32,380 bases of DNA from Saprolegnia diclina VS20 (taxonomy: Eukaryota), in NCBI RefSeq assembly GCF_000281045.1, contig NW_008246106.1, forward strand, positions 420,554-452,933. Reading direction: 5' to 3'. The notes under the pieces are model-generated. The model was not told the DNA's origin, did no database searches, and worked only from the letters and a program-made list of their open reading frames with translations. Position numbers and translations under genes: made by a program. Positions 11,201 through 22,900 of this stretch are shown piece by piece. The first letter of the stretch is position 1; each line of letters begins with the position of its first letter.

Positions 11201-13300
11201 GCCATGGTGACCATGTCCATCAGCGACGTCTTCGAACACGGCGGCTTTGCAAAAGCCATTGCGATCAGCGNNNNNNNNNNNNNNNNNNNNNNNNNNNNNN
11301 NNNNNNNNNNNNNNNNNNNNNNNNNNNNNNNNNNNNNNNNNNNNNNNNNNNNNNNNNNNNNNNNNNNNNNNNNNNNNNNNNNNNNNNNNNNNNNNNNNNN
11401 NNNNNNNNNNNNNNNNNNNNNNNNNNNNNNNNNNNNNNNNNNNNNNNNNNNNNNNNNNNNNNNNNNNNNNNNNACGATGACGACGTCGTCGTTCATTGGC
11501 AGTGACGAGGCGCCGTCGACGGCCGCGTGCGTCTTTGGTATCTCGGCGTGGATCTTTGTCCTCTGTGCGTTTTTCGCCATCTCAGAACTGGAGCCGAGTG
11601 CGCTCTGGGCCGACGCGCGCAACGAGTACGACAACAGCCACGATCTGGACCCGGACGTGGTCATTCCCGACCTCCGCGCCAAGAAGGAAGCTGTCACGTT
11701 TATTCTCTATTGCTCCTCGGCCTTGGTCACGGTGGTTTCCGTGGTTCTTCTGGCCATCTTTGCACACCTCATGCACGTCTCGGTCTGGTTTCCGGTCGTC
11801 AATATGGTCGTGCTCTGGCTCACGGCGCTCTACTTTGTCTATACCGAGTGGTGCGAGATGCGCAACGACTTTCGTGCGTACATTGCGTCGCACATGAACA
11901 AGGCGCAGCTGCTCGTCTTCCTCACGATCCTCTTGGTCTTTGTGCCCATCAAACTCAACTGGATCCCGATTTCGCCTGAGATTGAGTTTGNNNNNNNNNN
12001 NNNNNNNNNNNNNNNNNNNNNNNNNNNNNNNNNNNNNNNNNNNNNNNNNNNNNNNNNNNNNNNNNNNNNNNNNNNNNNNNNNNNNNNNNNNNNNNNNNNN
12101 NNNNNNNNNNNNNNNNNNNNNNNNNNNNNNNNNNNNNNNNNNNNNNNNNNNNNNNNNNNNNNNNNNNNNNNNNNNNNNNNNNNNNNNNNNNNNNNNNNNN
12201 NNNNNNNNNNNNNNNNNNNNNNNNNNNNNNNNNNNNNNNNNNNNNNNNNNNNNNNNNNNNNNNNNNNNNNNNNNNNNNNNNNNNNNNNNNNNNNNNNNNN
12301 NNNNNNNNNNNNNNNNNNNNNNNNNNNNNNNNNNNNNNNNNNNNNNNNNNNNNNNNNNNNNNNNNNNNNNNNNNNNNNNNNNNNNNNNNNNNNNNNNNNN
12401 NNNNNNNNNNNNNNNNNNNNNNNNNNNNNNNNNNNNNNNNNNNNNNNNNNNNNNNNNNNNNNNNNNNNNNNNNNNNNNNNNNNNNNNNNNNNNNNNNNNN
12501 NNNNNNNNNNNNNNNNNNNNNNNNNNNNNNNNNNNNNNNNNNNNNNNNNNNNNNNNNNNNNNNNNNNNNNNNNNNNNNNNNNNNNNNNNNNNNNNNNNNN
12601 NNNNNNNNNNNNNNNNNNNNNNNNNNNNNNNNNNNNNNNNNNNNNNNNNNNNNNNNNNNNNNNNNNNNNNNNNNNNNNNNNNNNNNNNNNNNNNNNNNCG
12701 TGGTCGACGCTGGTCGACGAGCTGGATGCGACGATCGACAAGGAGCTCGACTTCCTTCGCGACGCGCTGCAGCACGTCCAGCACTTTACGTCGCTGACGG
12801 TGCCGACCATCTTTGCCGACGACCTCAAGCACATTGCGACGACCCGCAGCCATCTCAAGGTGATTGTCGACGACGCGCGCAAGAGCAAGGGCGAGTTCCG
12901 CGACAAGGTGCTAACAGCGCTGCAGTCGCACCTCAAGAAGACGCTCGGGCAGCTCAAGGACAAGCTGCTGCGTCTCTGGGCGCCCAAGTTTGACGCCAAG
13001 GACATGAGCGCGCGCGCCGAGTGCATGCTTCTCTTCCAGATGGCGCAGCGCTCGACGATGGATGCGCAGCTGCAAAAGATGAGCGAAGCTGTCTTGGACG
13101 TGGTCGCCGAAGCCATTTCGCCGACGACCGAAGACGATGCAGCGGACGAGACAACGCAGCTCCACGGCGAGATCGAGGCGCTCAAGGCCAAGGTGGACGC
13201 CCAGTCCGAGACGATGGCGGCCATGGCAGCCAAGCTCAACTTGGCGGTCTCGCTTCTGCTTCAGCTCAAGGACGCCAAGGAGGACGTTGAAGGCGCCTAA
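8265..13300 (+). CDS. Gene A: multi-exon ankyrin-repeat TRP-like cation channel (two N-gaps; S4-pore-S6 not visible)
   Basis: At least 16 short phase-0 GT-AG introns (first 8427-8470) separate ankyrin exons (DGDSVLSMAA, NGNTLLHHAA, SGRTPLMHAA, NGETALMVAS, DGKTALMLAA). TM segments at 11474-11990 and a coiled-coil C-terminus are collinear with gene B. Stop TAA at 13298-13300. Confidence 0.88.
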
Positions 13301-13693
13301 GTAGCGGCCCACCGAATGGTGTTCGGGTTGCATAAGACAATAATGTATGCATTGATGAACGTGCTATATCTCGCCAGGGCTACCATGCACATGTACACGT
13401 GTTACGACGGGTGCTTTGGTGCATGCCAACGCACCAGTCTCGCTCAGCGGGAGTCTAGCCACCGCAGACGCGGCGATGGCAAATATCACCGTACCATAAT
13501 TGATTATAACAGCGGCGACACCAAGCAGCGGTGCTAAGAGAGCTGCTCTACGCCTCGGTCGTAGGCGAGCAAGCCCATCCAGAGTCGAAACACTGTATGC
13601 GTTCCTGTGCCAGTCAGACATGTGAATCGAGTTATTGCCAGGCCGGTGGCGTAGCAACAACTCGGCTCATTTGCGTGCGTCTCGCCACTTGCG

Positions 13694-13970
13694 ATGGCGC
13701 CCATGACACCCGCGCGTCGCCAGCATGGGTCCAGGTAGACGACGACGACCAGCGCATACTCTTCGTCGCCGGAGCCTTCGTGCGGCATCGTGTACTGGGT
13801 GAGGTCCACAACGACTGTAGATCGGGTCGGCGGCCGTCTCGGTCCTGGACGACACGCGGAAAGAGCTACCGCATCAACCTCGTCGACACACGAGGCCACG
13901 GCGACGTGACGAGCAAGGTCGAGCCGCCCGACCACGTCCGTCATGGCGCTGTCTTTGTTGGCGTCGAAGG
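13694..13970 (+). pseudogene. Decayed N-terminal fragment of an elongation factor G-type translational GTPase
   Basis: Translation RILFVAG..VLGEVHND...SW..GKSYRINLVDTRGHGDVTSKVE....HGAV matches EF-G (ERILFYTG..IGEVHDG...RINIIDTPGHVDFTIEVE...DGAV). ggtagacgacgacgaccagcgcatactc is a frameshifted GKTTTTERIL. The G2 (ERGITI) region is missing. Confidence 0.8.
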
Positions 13971-14242
13971 TAGTGCAACCGTATTGCCGGTAGCGTCGGC
14001 TGCATTAAGTCGATCTGTAGCCCAGTCCGAGACCGACGTCCTATCGCGACGAGACAGCGATGCGTGCAGGCGCCTTCCTTGCACAACCACGATCGATGGA
14101 ATACACGTACCGCTGTAGAGCCTTGCCACAATGAAGGGCTCTATTCCTCGACGGGATGTTGCCAGTGCTCAAGCAGTCCTCTACATATTGCTTTGCGACT
14201 GCCAGTCCAATTCCTTATAATGAGCCGCGACGTAGACGCTGT

Positions 14243-14590
14243 GAGCTCGATACATTGATACACAAAACACTGGAATGGATTGTCGAGGGCATCAAATAAT
14301 GGCTGTCGTCTGCAGCCTGTTTTGACAAGCATGCGATTGAGACGGGGCTGCCATGGACGATGCCATTGGCCAACAATACGACACCTTTTTGGCCAATCAA
14401 ACGCTCCTTTTCGATGGACGACAATGGCAACCCAACCTGCACCCAGCGCCTGTCTGACAGCGCGATCACAGCGCTCCTGGCGACACGCGGTCAAGTCCAA
14501 GCTGGAGACGACGGCTGGAGGGTCCAGCCCTCTGACGCTAGCCCCACCAGATCTTTCGAGCTCCCCATCATGGCGGTCCTTCGGTGACGG
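14243..14590 (+). repeat. Upstream block of gene B, homologous to 7321-7720
   Basis: Same alignment as for 7321-7720. Confidence 0.75.
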
Positions 14591-14755
14591 CAGCACTACT
14601 CTCGACCTTGCCCCAGCATTGGCGCCTCGCCGATCACGATGATGATGCCCCTTCGCGACATCTGAGTAGCGGCGCTGGTCACAGTGGACCTCCATGAACA
14701 GCTGGCATTGGTGATGGCTTGTCTGGGGCTGCGGATTGCCATTTGAGAAGCGGTC

Positions 14756-17700
14756 ATGGGACGGAACGTGGCTGCCACGATGCTCTCGCGCATGGCCCAA
14801 CACAAGGAGCACGAGGTGCTGCAGCATTTACTGCAGTCGCCCGACCCTCTACCTGGCATCGACCTTTTGGCGATCGACCAGGTACCACCTTCTCGCTACT
14901 TCCATTCCCGGCCACTCATCGCGCGCAGAATGGCGACTCGGTGCTGTCGCTCGCGGCGCTGCGCGGCAACCTTGCGCTCGTTCAAGCTATCGTGACGTCT
15001 GCGTCTCCCGACGCGCTGGCCCAGGTTTCGATCCCCGAAATGGCAGGCTTTTCAACCGGTTTAATATGTAGGTAGCGTGGACGACACTGCAGCGCGCAGC
15101 GGCCAACCCGCACCAAAGCGTCGTCGAGTACCTCTGGCACGTGCTCCCGAGCAGCGCGACGCTCGTGTCGCCCAGCGTACGCATGCTTTCTGCTGCATAC
15201 AGACAGTGGCATTGAAGGCGTAGACGGGCAACTCGCTTCTGCACGAAGCAGTCGAAGGTGGCCACCTCCAACTCCTTCGTTGGCTGGTCCCTCGCTGTAC
15301 CGAAGCGCTCGACGTCTGCAATCACGTACGACAATGTACAATATTGTCTTTCGTATCCCAAGGTAAAACTAGGCGGGCGAAACCCCGTACCTGACGGCGC
15401 TGCGTCACGTCGACCATGCCAGCGCCGATCTGCTCATCGCCGCGGGTGCCAGCACCCATGTCTGCAGTGCGGTACGCTGTACTGCAAGTGAATCGGCTCG
15501 ACACTCGACCTGGCTAGACGGGCGACTCGGCCTTGCACTACGTCCTCCGCTTCCCGCCCAATGAAGACACGCTCGTCGACGCCGTCGAGCGACTCTTGGC
15601 CGACGATGTGCGCGTCGATGCTACCAACCACGTACGTCCTACGGCCGGTATATTTGCTTGTAACCAAAGTGAAAGGCTGGGGAGCGGCCGCTGGACCTGA
15701 CATCGAACGCTCGCATCCTCGAGCTATTGCACACGGAGATGGCCTTCCGCACCGACTTTCCGTTGCACTGCCTCGTCCGGAGCAAGAACCTCGACCGACT
15801 GGACGCGTGGTTTGCAGCAATGCACCTCGAGCATCCCGACCATGCTGAAGCGGCGATTGCTATGGCGCTCACAACGCCCAATGCGGTTCGAGTCTTATTC
15901 ATATGTCCATTTTCTTATCTTGTACTGCGACTAGCACGGCCGGACGCCGCTCATGTACGCCGCACGCATCTTTGACGAAGCAGCCGATACGAACCAAGCC
16001 ATCTATCGCATGCTGCCGCACGTGCCGGCCGACGCGATTGCCGCCAAAGATCAAGTACGCCTCTCATTCGTATCAAGTTGATAGATGATATACGTTTCAA
16101 TGTAGGATGGCAAGACCGTGCTCGACATGCTTCTGCGGCGCGTGCTCGTCTGCGCTACGAACGCGCATGGCGCGTCGTCGGCGCCCCTTCTGCGAGTGAT
16201 CCACGCGGTGTGTCGGAAAGGCCATGTCGCGATCGACTTTGCCCACTTGGTACAAAATGCTCGCCAGAAGCGGCTGATGGCATTCTTATTCGATGCTTAT
16301 TGTAGCCGCCCGAGTACCTCCATGCAACGCGGTCCCTCACGGGCACGGCGCCGTGCGAGTGCATTGGTGAGTGCAAAGACACAGCGTCCGTCGACGCCCT
16401 CCCGGGACTTGCAGCCCGGCGCAACTGGACCGAACTGCGCCGCCTGCTTCAGGAACCACTGGCGGCGGATGTGATCAACCGAACCGATGCGTGGGCGCGG
16501 GGGGTGCGATATATCTATATCTTGTACAAACAGTAGTGTCGGAGTGTCATATTGTTGTAGGGCTATTCGGTGCTGCACCACGTGTGCAGACTCGGGCACC
16601 TCGCGACGCTGAAGTTGCTCCTCGCGCAGCCGCATTTAGATCTGGACGTGCGCTCCGAGATGGTTGATCGATTGAAAGATGGATGGCAGAGAATGTACAG
16701 AATGGTCTCTAGGACGGTCGGACGGCGCTGGAGCTCGCAACCGAAGCCAACTACGTCAAGATCGTCCGCCGGCTTCTCGCGGCGGGGGCCGATCCGCAAG
16801 TCAACGAAGATCTCGACGAGGTACCTGTCAGATATACTGTCGGTATGAAACACTCTGCTTGTAGGCGAGTTTGGCGCACTTGCGTTTCGATGCGAATGAA
16901 AGCCAGCAGCTCGTGTACGACCGGTGGGAGCTGGCGTACTACCACCGCGGCTTCTTCCTTGTCAACCTTCCGAATGTCGGCGCAGTGCGCAGACTTCTCG
17001 CGGTATCTCACTCGATTTCTTATGCTTCTTAGCATCACCAAGTGACAGGCGCACCAAACTCCACTGCATGTGGCCGTGCAACTCGAGTGCTCGGACACGA
17101 CGCTCGACGAACTCTGTGATACGGGCATCGACCTCGACGCGCAAGACACGGTACCAACTTCGCCGTCGTCTATGCCATGTCATATCTATGCGTGCAGCAC
17201 GGCGACACGGCATTGATGGTGGCGGCGAGTATCGGAAAACTCAAGAACGTACAGTTTCTACTGACAAAAGACCCGAACCTCGACCTCCAAAATACGGTAG
17301 CGACCCTCGCATTGTACCGTTCATTCGTGCTAGATACGATGATATTAGACTGGCAAAACGGCGCTCATGCTCGCGGCCGAGCAAGGCCATGTCTCGATCG
17401 TCAACGCCCTCCTCGAGCAGTCGGCGGAAATCACTCCACGGGACAAGGTGGGTCGAGTGCAATTTCGTAACCTAACCCTGCTTGTCGCAGGACGGGCTCT
17501 CGGTGCTCTCGCTTCTCGAAGCGTGGCTCGCTGCGCAGGGCCAAACTGTGGACAACATCAATGTCCCGCAGGCGCAGTGTCTTGCGCTCCTCCAAAAGGA
17601 GCTCCAAGTCCGCGAAAACTCACCCGAGTACTTGGCCAAGCAAGCCTTGGGCATGGTGACCCAGTCGGTCGACCATGTCTTCAACCACGGCGGGTTTGCA

Positions 17701-19828
17701 AAAGCCATTGCGATCAGCGCCGAGCTCGGTGTCACATTTCTCAACGACTGCATCACGCTGCGTCGTCATGAAGCCGAGTTTCACCACGTACCTAATTAGG
17801 AGCGTCGTTTTGTATGATGAACTGTGTCCATATCCTGCGTAGATGGAGAGCGTCTACGGTCGAACGGCCAAGGACAGCGCGCTGTACGCGGTGCTGCACC
17901 TGGATCTGAACGACGCGGACGAGACGTTTGCGACCAAGAAGGCTCTTTTGGAGCATATTGTCTTCAGTCGGCTCCTCGAGATCAAGTGGGAACTCTTTGG
18001 GAAGCGCATGTACCTCCAGCAGCTGCTCATGAACCTCCTGCTGCTCATAACGATGACCACGGCGTCGTTTCTCGGCAGTGACGAGACGCCGTCGACGACA
18101 GCATGCCTCTTTGGCCTCTCGGCGTGCCTCTTTGTGGGCTTTGGCTACTGGATGCTGACGCGCTTGGAGCCCGAAGCGCTGTGGATCGACGCGCGCTACG
18201 AGTACGACGGCAGCTACGAGCTCGACCCGAACGTCGTGATCCCCAACTTGCGCGGTCGCAAGCACGTCACCATCATGATTTCGTACCTGGTACCTCTTCT
18301 GCTCACGGTCCTCTGCTCGCTTCTTCTGGTCGTCTTTGCGCCGTATCTGCACCTCTCGGTGTGGTTTCCGACCTTCAACGACTTGATGCTTTGGCTCACA
18401 GCGCTCTACTTTGTCTACACCGAGTGGCAAGAGATGAGCGTCGGGCTGCTCATGTACTTTCGGTCCCACATGAACAAGGCGCAGCTGCTCGTGTACGTCG
18501 TCATCCTCGTGGTCTTTGTGCCCATCAAACTCAACTGGATCCCGATTTCGCCTGAGATTGAGTTTGGTCTCTCGGGCTTCCTCACGCTCGCGCTCTGGGT
18601 CCTCTCGCTTCAGTTTCTGGAGGTCGTGCCGTCGGCCAGCTTCTTGATGCCCATGATGTCGGACCTCTTTGCCGACATTTGGAACTTCTTCATCCTCTTC
18701 AGCGTCTTCCAAGTCGGCTTTACGCTCACGTTTTACCAGCTCTTCCGCGGCATGGACGACAGTCTCCACAAGTTTGGCAGTCTCGCCCAGTCGTTCATGA
18801 CAACCTACTACGTCTCATTTGGCGAGCTCGCCCTGGACTCGCTCGATGCATTTGGCGCGTCGGAAGAAGCCAACGCCTCGATGATGTACGTGGCGACGGC
18901 AGTGTTGATGATGCTGCATGTGGCCATCATGGTCATCATCCTCCTCAACGTCTTGCTGGCGATGATGAACAAGACGGTCGACGGCGGTCTCGAGAAGGCC
19001 AAGACCCAAGCGTTGATCAGCTACGCGCAGTGCATTTTGCGCTTGGAGACGTCGATGAACCTCGATGAAGCTGGCACGCACGACCTCATCTACCTCAAGA
19101 CCCAACCCGACGACGCTGGCGACGAAAAGACACCTCTGGTAGCGCCGCGCGAGTGGCTCAACCCGATCTTCACCGAGCGTGTGAGCAAGTCCGACCTGCG
19201 TCTCTCCGAGCTCCAAGCCACTGCTTTGCAAAAGGTCGCAGCGGACCGTGAAGTGTGGACGACGCTCATGGCTCGCCTTGATGCGACAATCGGCAAGGAG
19301 CTCGACTACCTCCGCGACGGCTTCCTCCACGTCCAGCACTTTACGTCACTCGCCGTGACAAAGGTCCTTGCTGTCGATCTCAAGCTCATCGAGACGACTC
19401 GAAGCCAGCTCCAGGCCATCGTCGACAGCGCGCGCCAGAGTCGGGGCGAGTTTCGAGACAAGGTCCTCCGCAAGCTCGAGCGGCAAGCAGGCCGAGAGCT
19501 CGCCAAGCTCCAGCAGCAGCTGCTCCGACTCTGGAAGCCCAAGTTTGACAAGGAAGAGATGAACGCGCGCACCGAGTGCATTTTGATTTACCAAATGGCG
19601 CAGCGCTCGACGATCGAAGCCCAGCTGCAGACGACGGTCGAGGCCATTCAAAGTGACGTGATGAACGCTGTTTCACCCCAGGAATGTGACAAGACGACCG
19701 AGACGACCGCGCTGCAAGATCAAGTGGTCGCGCTCCAGGCACAGGTGCAGATGCTTTCGGACAAGATGGACGCGATGCTGTCGATCATGACCAAGAATCA
19801 AACCGTCGTCGGTGCCAAACTTGCGTAA
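14756..19828 (+). CDS. Gene B: ankyrin-repeat TRP-like cation channel, 18 exons, intact; start codon tentative
   Basis: Manual splicing gives an open frame through 17 phase-0 introns (exon starts 14756, 14929, 15072, 15224, 15373, 15518, 15676, 15935, 16106, 16306, 16561, 16713, 16865, 17049, 17198, 17349, 17491, 17843). About 12-14 ankyrin repeats; pre-S1 LLEIKWELFG; pore SFMTTYYVSFGE; S6 IILLNVLLAMMNKT; TRP-helix-like YAQCILRLE; C-terminal coiled coil. Confidence 0.92.
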
Positions 19829-19928
19829 CCCTAATCACGACCTAATGCTGCGGCAGTATGCATTTTCGGACGCTGTCGTTGATGTTCTCGTAACCAGCGC
19901 ATCGTTTTGATCATCGTTCATTCGGTAT

Positions 19929-22900
19929 TTAAGTCTCGTCTTTGTCACTGTCCTCAGCGTCGTCACTGCCTTCTCGCTCCAGCGTATCGAGGCGCTTCAG
20001 GATCGAGTTGAGTTTCTCCATGACCTGCTCGACCTTCTCCATCGCGCTCTCTTCTTCGTGGATCTTCTCATCGAGAAGCGCTTCGACGCCGGTGAGAATC
20101 GCATGCGCCGCCGGCGTGACCGCGTCAAAGATGGTCGTGCCCTGCACGAGTTGGTACAGCATGACGCACTCGCCGTGGCCATCGAGCTCGGCCATCTCGG
20201 ACGAGACGTCCGCGGCCCGCTTCATGTGGTCCTCGAGCTTGCCGAGGCGCCGCTTGATGCGCGCGTGCATCTTCTCCAGCACCTGGGTCCGGTAGATGCC
20301 GCGGCTCCGGCGCGCTTCGTCGACAATGTCGAGCAGCTGCTGGCGCGTGCTCTCGACCAGCGCCAGCTCGGCACGGAGCGCTGTCGCCACGTCCATCGTC
20401 GTAAAGTGACTCACATGCACGAGGCCCCTCTGCAAAAAGTCAAGCTGCTCGGTGATCGTCGTGTCCACCGCAGCCAGTAACGTGGCCCACGCCGCGCGGT
20501 CCGTCGCACTCTGCACCAGCGCCGCGTTTTGCTCGGCGCTCAGCCCCAGCTCGACCTTGGAGATGGACTCGGTAAATATGGGGTTGAGCCACACATCGGA
20601 GGGCGGTGGCTTGGTCGTTAGCGGCGACATCTCGTCAACAACTGCCGGTGTCGCGTCGCTGAGATGAAGGAGCTCGAACGTCTCGCTCTCGTCCAGCCCA
20701 CGCGCCTCTTCGATGCGCAAAATGCACTGCGCATAGCTGATCAACGCTTGGGTCTTGGCCTTCTCGAGCCCGCCGTCGACCGTCTTGTTCATCATCGCGA
20801 TGAGCGTGTTGAGGAGGATGATGACGACGACGGCCGAGTGCAGCATCATGAGCACCGCGGCGCACGTGTAAAGCACCTTCTCTGCGTCGCCAAAGGCTTC
20901 GAGCGCCGACGTCGGGGCTTGGCCAAACGCGACAAAGAACGTCGTGATAAAGCTGCTCTGCAGCGTGAAAAACTCGTGGTGCTCGGCGTCAAACTCGTGC
21001 TTGCTAAAGAGCTGGTAGAACGTGATCGTGAGGCCGAGCTGGAAGACGTTGAAGACGATGAAGAAGTTCCAAATGTCTCCAAAGAGGTCGGCCATCATCG
21101 GCAATAGAAAGCTCGCCGAGTGCACTACCTCGAGAAACTGTAGCGAGAGGACCCAAAGCGCGAGCGAGATGAGACCGCCGACCATGACCTCGAGCGCGAA
21201 CGGCGACGGGAGGTAGCCAAACTTCATCGGCACCATGACCGTCAGGATAAGGAGGTAGATGACCAGCTGGACCTTGTTGGTGTGGGACGCCAAGTACTTG
21301 CGGTACCCCACGCGCATCTCACGCGCTTCGTTGACTGCAAAGTAGAATGCTGTTGCCCACAGCACAAGGTTGTTGGACGGGGCAAACCACGTTGGCAGCG
21401 TCTTGTGGCGAAGGGTCGCCACAGCGTACATGGGCGTGATCACCGCGAGTGTCACCGTGACGGTGAGGGCCACGAGAAGACGGCGCACGAGCTTCTTCTT
21501 GGCCGCGAGGTCCGGGATCTTGGCACTCGGGTCCAGCACGAACGAGCCATCGTAGACGAAGCGCGCAAGCCGCCAAAAGATGCGTGGACGCAGTGCCTGG
21601 ACGACGACACACCCGACGGCCACAAAGACAACGGCCGCAATCCCGCCGTAAAATACATACCAGCGGTACGCATACGACGGCGCCTTGGAATCGTCAAAGT
21701 CATCAATGAGCAGCGACGACGTCGTGTTGGTGAAGAGCAGCAGCAGGTGCATGAGCAGCTGCTCAACGTACTTGCGCTGGGCAAAGAGCTCCCACTTGAT
21801 CTGCAGGAGACGGCGAAACGCGACGTGCTCCAGACACGCCTTCTTGGCCGTGAACGTGAGCTCGGCGTTGGGTAATTCGAGGTTCACGATCGCGTGGAGT
21901 GCACTCTGATTGGCGCGGGCACCGTACGCGGCGTCGAGCTAGGCACTCTTGCTAAGAGTAGAAAAAGAGCGGAAGAGTGTACCTTGGTGAATTGCACTTC
22001 GTGCCGGTCGACGCGGACGCAGTCGTTGAGGAAGACTTGGACAAGCGTTGCGTTGCACGTGAGCGCCTTGGCAAAGCCGTCGGTGCGGAAGGCGTCGTCG
22101 GTTGAGAGGGTCACGAGACGGTGGGCGACCTTCTCGCGGTACTCAGCCGAGTTTTCCCGCGTGTGGGCCTCCTTGAGGAGCACGGTGAGGATCGACGCGA
22201 GCTGCGCCGACAAGGCGGTCGGTGCTGCGCTGTGGATCGCAATCTCATTTTCGACCACAGTCACCACGTTTTGACCGTTCTAGTATCCATATATCGTGTG
22301 AAATTCTGTGACGTACGAGACGCCAACGAGCCACCTCGTTGAGGACGTCCATATCGGCGAGCTTGGCGAGGAGGACGTGGACGATATGGAGATGGCCGGC
22401 CAGGGCCGCGAGCATGAGGGCTGTCTCGCCGGCCTACGACCTTGCTGCATGGACCGGTTTTGTGCAAGAGAGTGTACGTGGTTGCAGAGATCCATGTCGA
22501 CGTCTTGGCCCAAGAGGAACTCGAGGTTGGACTTGTGCCCGAGCCGCGCGGCCACCATGAGTGCCGTCTCGCCGTCCTACTCGACTCAACTGAGCGGAAA
22601 AGGTCCCAAATAAAGGCGGCGCACCACATCTTGCTTGTCGAGATCGATCGCGTCGTTGCAAAGCTCGTCGAGGACTTTGCGCTGCTGTGGCTTTAGCATG
22701 GCGACGTGCATGGCTGTTTGCTTATGCTGTAGGATCGCTCTCAGTTCTTATCCGAGGGCAACGAGCAACGTACTTGAAGGTGCTTGACGACCGCATCCAC
22801 ATTGGGCACATGGACAAGATGAAAGAGCGGGTACTCTTGCGCGACCTGCCACACGTCGTAAATGAGCTTGTAGCTGGCCGACGCGGCCGCACGTCGGGCC

